IMG/VR virus record: IMGVR_UViG_3300048576_000182
Location: 1 to 36,857 of that record
Reading direction: 5' to 3' (one strand)
Origin: a virus
Taxonomy: Duplodnaviria > Caudoviricetes
Length of the DNA stretch: 36,857 bases
Shown here: positions 33,883-36,857 of the stretch, one piece after another
Layout of the letters: the number at the start of each line of letters is the position of its first letter
How positions within the stretch are numbered: position 1 is the first letter of the stretch
Position numbers and translations under genes: made by a program
The notes under the pieces: generated by a model
Databases searched by the model: none
Told to the model about the DNA's origin: nothing
Seen by the model: the letters and a program-made list of their open reading frames with translations, nothing else

Positions 33883-34670
33883 CCACCGCCGCGCTCACCG
33901 CCCTCTACGCCGGGCCTGCCGCCACCTCAGCCGCCAAGTTGTTGTTGGTTCAGGCCGAGTGGTCGCTCTACACCGGCAAGGTCACTAAGCAAGAGCTGGT
34001 GCGCTGGGTGGCTGCGGCGGTGCTCGAGGAAGAGTACGCCGCCAAGATCGATTGCGGCATGAGCGGCGAGGCCTTGGTTTGCCCGATCTACGCCTACCCT
34101 CTGGATCCCGATCTGGAGTACCAGCTGTTGGCCAGCTACGGCGAGTTGTCCGAGCGGGCGGTGGAGATGATCGAAATCACCGAGCTGGTCCAGTTTAAAC
34201 TGACCGATAGCGCCACCCCGGAATATCCCGCCCGGACCATCGTCGCAACCGAGTGGGCGGTGGGGTGCCTGGACGCTGCGGGCGAGGTGGTTGCCCCTCC
34301 AGCCCTGACCACCGACGGGCAATCAATCCGCAGCGCGATCCCTGTCTACGGGACCGCGTCGGCCACCTATCTCTGCGAGCGCCACACCTACATCCTCAAC
34401 GTCCCGCGCCGTGCAGAAGCCCTGGACAGCAATTACTCAGCAGTAGTGGTGGCAGCCATCCCCGGCTTTGCGCCGGTGGTCCATGTAATGGAGATGCCGC
34501 CAGGGGTCGAGGTCTTTGAGGCTGACCCCAACGCGACCTGCGGAGCCTCATGGCATGGCGGCGCCACCTGGCCGGATGATGAAGATCCTATCCCAGAGGC
34601 CACCACCGCCAATCTGATCACCGAGGTGGATTATTGCAAACAGGAGACCATCCGGGAGTGGACCGAATGA
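33879..34670 (+). CDS. Tail-tip protein, paralogue 1
   Basis: ATGA-coupled; aligns with the next two genes. Confidence 0.75.
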   Translation: MTTAALTALYAGPAATSAAKLLLVQAEWSLYTGKVTKQELVRWVAAAVLEEEYAAKIDCGMSGEALVCPIYAYPLDPDLEYQLLASYGELSERAVEMIEITELVQFKLTDSATPEYPARTIVATEWAVGCLDAAGEVVAPPALTTDGQSIRSAIPVYGTASATYLCERHTYILNVPRRAEALDSNYSAVVVAAIPGFAPVVHVMEMPPGVEVFEADPNATCGASWHGGATWPDDEDPIPEATTANLITEVDYCKQETIREWTE

Positions 34671-35476
34671 GCCAGACCGCTTCGCTCTCCGCCACCTACG
34701 CCGGATCGTCGGCCGCTGCCGCTGCCCGGTTGAGCCTGGAGCAGGAACCGGTAGCGGATAATCGTCTCACCACCACCGACCTCGCCGCCATGCTCGCCCT
34801 GGTGCGCAGCGGGGTATCAGCCAAAACCTATCGGGCCGCAACCTGCCCGGCCTCGGTGGTTGCGGGACAAGTAATCTGCCCGCTTGATCTGTGGGTCTGG
34901 CCGGTTCCGGTCGGTTTGTCCTACACCCTGGCCGCCAACCAGGGCGAGCTGGGCGAGCGCATCCCCGTGACCATGGAACGTGAGTTTGATCTGGTAATCA
35001 ACTTTGAGCGCACTGTGCAGCTGCCATTCGAGACCTCTTCGCTCACCTGGGAGTGGTCCGCCATGCCCTGCCTGGACGCTCGCAGCCGGGTGGTTGATCC
35101 GCCGACAGTAACCGCCACGGCCTCCTCGATTTCGGTGAACGCGGATATTGTCGGCGTGCTGCGCATCCGCTGCGCGGCAGTGGGCTGGCTGCACACCCTG
35201 GTGCTGCGGTTTGATAAGGGTGATGCAAAAATATCCGACATCGATGTCGCAGTCTCCGCCAAGTGGGAAATTGCTGACGAGACATTTGCCGAGTCAGCCG
35301 ACTTGAAGTTGCCCGGTTGCCTCGAAACCCTGCTCGAAACCTGCGACGATGGCAACCTGAAGTATGAGCGCGGCAGCGGCCATGTGCTTGAGCCCGATGA
35401 AACCGTGCCGGTGGTCTATTACTCCGAATGCGACGGCCAGAAATTGGCCCTGCGCTATGAGCGGGCTTCACGATGA
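34667..35476 (+). CDS. Tail-tip protein, paralogue 2
   Basis: GGGAG RBS, ATGA-coupled start MSQTASLSATYAG. Confidence 0.75.
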   Translation: MSQTASLSATYAGSSAAAAARLSLEQEPVADNRLTTTDLAAMLALVRSGVSAKTYRAATCPASVVAGQVICPLDLWVWPVPVGLSYTLAANQGELGERIPVTMEREFDLVINFERTVQLPFETSSLTWEWSAMPCLDARSRVVDPPTVTATASSISVNADIVGVLRIRCAAVGWLHTLVLRFDKGDAKISDIDVAVSAKWEIADETFAESADLKLPGCLETLLETCDDGNLKYERGSGHVLEPDETVPVVYYSECDGQKLALRYERASR

Positions 35477-36857
35477 GCCAGACTGCCTCGCTCGCCGCCA
35501 CCTACGCCGGGCCGCATGTGCCCGACAATCCTTGGTGGGTGCGGTTGGAACAAATCCCGGTAACCAACGACGTGGCCACCGTCGGCGAGACCGCCACCCT
35601 GCTTGACGCCCTCTATCAGGTGGACCCTTGCACCGAGGTGGAGACCACCAACGAAACCGACGACGAACTCACCACTAAAGACGTTGCCGATGCCGCCAGC
35701 AAATCCCTGGATCTGGCCGCCTGCGACATCGCCGCCGACGGGTCGTGCGAGGTGCAGATCAAGGTGATCCGCTCCCACCAGAATGAGCCCTACCGCCTGA
35801 ACGTTGCCGGCGGCTCGGTGGTTGAAACGGTAGTGGTCAACGAGGAAATTGGCCAAAATATCGCCGTCTCAGGCGCCACTGAAACCACCCTGGACTATCC
35901 GGTGATGGGAGCTTTTTCCGCCACCTGGCAGGCCGACTTGGCCACGGCCTCCGGCAACAGACCAGCCATCAAGCGCAACGGCAACGTGCTCTATTGGGCG
36001 GATTCCGCCACCGGGACCCTGCGCGCCGCCTATCTCACGACTTATGATCTGGTGACCATCAAGGTTAACGGCGTGGACGGCGAGCTGGGTGAGGCCCTGA
36101 TCCGGGTGGTGTTCCACGCCATGGCTGAGGAAATGACACCGGAGCTGCCAGACCCCGCCGAGATGGATCGGGCGCTGTGCGGGGGCTCGGCAACCCTGAT
36201 CACCGAAAAAGACCGGGTGACCTGCTACAAGGCGATCACGGTTAAACAGGTGTGCAGCTGCTCCAAGGATGAGGTGGCCAGTTACAGCTATGATCAAATA
36301 GTCGATTGCCCGGACTGGGTAACCAAGTGCCCCGGCGGTGTTCCCGACTGCATGTCACTGCTGGGATCAGAGACAGTCAAGGAGTATGTCGAGTGTGCCG
36401 GAGACAACCAAGTGTCCGGAACCGGCCGCATCTGGAACGTGAGCAGTGGCGACTATTACCGCAAGGTGTGCTGCGATAAGCCGCCCGATACACTGCCCCA
36501 GTGCTACGAAAAAACCACCTCATATCGAGGCGGCAAGGACATCGTCAACGGCCGCCAGTTTTGGCGCAATCTCTACGGTCCGTTGACTCAGTTCCGCCCG
36601 GTGAGCCCGCCTGGCGGCATCTGTGGGAAGCATATCACCCGCCAGGTGGTGGCGCAAAGCAACTGCTGCGACGGGGTGGAGCCCCTGGCCTGGGACGCCT
36701 CGGTGTCGCCGACAGTGATGCAGCCCAACGGCGTGGCAATCGTCGGCGTAACTGGAGGCGGCCGCTACCCCTACCTGTGGCGGGTGAATGGGACTGGGTT
36801 CCAGTTTGGCAATGGCTCTAAAAAAATAACCACATCCGCGCTTGCTCCCTCTGTGCG
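35473..36857 (+). CDS. Tail-tip protein, paralogue 3, with a Cys-rich extension; 3'-partial
   Basis: ATG 35473 (MSQTASLAATYAGP) open to the window end; missing from the ORF track because it has no stop. Confidence 0.8.
   Translation, partial: MSQTASLAATYAGPHVPDNPWWVRLEQIPVTNDVATVGETATLLDALYQVDPCTEVETTNETDDELTTKDVADAASKSLDLAACDIAADGSCEVQIKVIRSHQNEPYRLNVAGGSVVETVVVNEEIGQNIAVSGATETTLDYPVMGAFSATWQADLATASGNRPAIKRNGNVLYWADSATGTLRAAYLTTYDLVTIKVNGVDGELGEALIRVVFHAMAEEMTPELPDPAEMDRALCGGSATLITEKDRVTCYKAITVKQVCSCSKDEVASYSYDQIVDCPDWVTKCPGGVPDCMSLLGSETVKEYVECAGDNQVSGTGRIWNVSSGDYYRKVCCDKPPDTLPQCYEKTTSYRGGKDIVNGRQFWRNLYGPLTQFRPVSPPGGICGKHITRQVVAQSNCCDGVEPLAWDASVSPTVMQPNGVAIVGVTGGGRYPYLWRVNGTGFQFGNGSKKITTSALAPSV

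Larger units (their letters stand above)
6073..36857. mobile_element. Lambdoid siphovirus prophage integrated in tRNA-Leu(TAA); right end lies outside the window
   Basis: att fragment + integrase + repressor + recombination/replication + terminase/portal/capsid + tail tube/tape measure in canonical order; no sheath gene seen. Confidence 0.95.

Noticed and set aside
33879-36857. Diversity-generating retroelement or invertible tail cassette
   Set aside because: Paralogy is ancient and mostly at protein level; no adenine-specific repeat pair, reverse transcriptase or invertase in the window

Overview
This window contains two adjacent mobile elements meeting at a displaced tRNA-Leu(TAA) 3' fragment (6073-6127, - strand). 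Left (1-~6070) is the end of an integrative conjugative element. It carries a NusA-like ORF, a TraD-type coupling ATPase, an HD-domain (MOBH-like) relaxase, a membrane protein, an AcaB/DUF1845-like regulator, HU and a tyrosine integrase. Right (6073->36857) is a lambdoid siphovirus prophage that runs off the window. It carries an integrase, a zinc-ribbon membrane moron, a CI/Cro/CII-like switch and many small early genes. These are followed by RecE/RecT-like recombination genes, DUF5131, a C5 cytosine methyltransferase, an ASCH protein, an initiator with iterons and a helicase loader. The late region has a cos-like site, Nu1/gpA terminase, lambda-type portal, fused protease-capsid, tail tube, chaperone with a -1 frameshift, tape measure and an unusual tail tip. 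The strongest oddities are: (i) a methyltransferase split over two fully overlapping reading frames, with three repeated target-recognition-like modules; (ii) three tandem paralogous Cys-rich tail-tip genes; (iii) a back-to-back two-gene insertion in the immunity region that includes a mini-paralogue of the helicase loader; (iv) a NusA-like gene coupled to a coupling protein lacking membrane anchors and a membrane-anchored relaxase. All family calls come from motif recognition by eye; no database searches were run.
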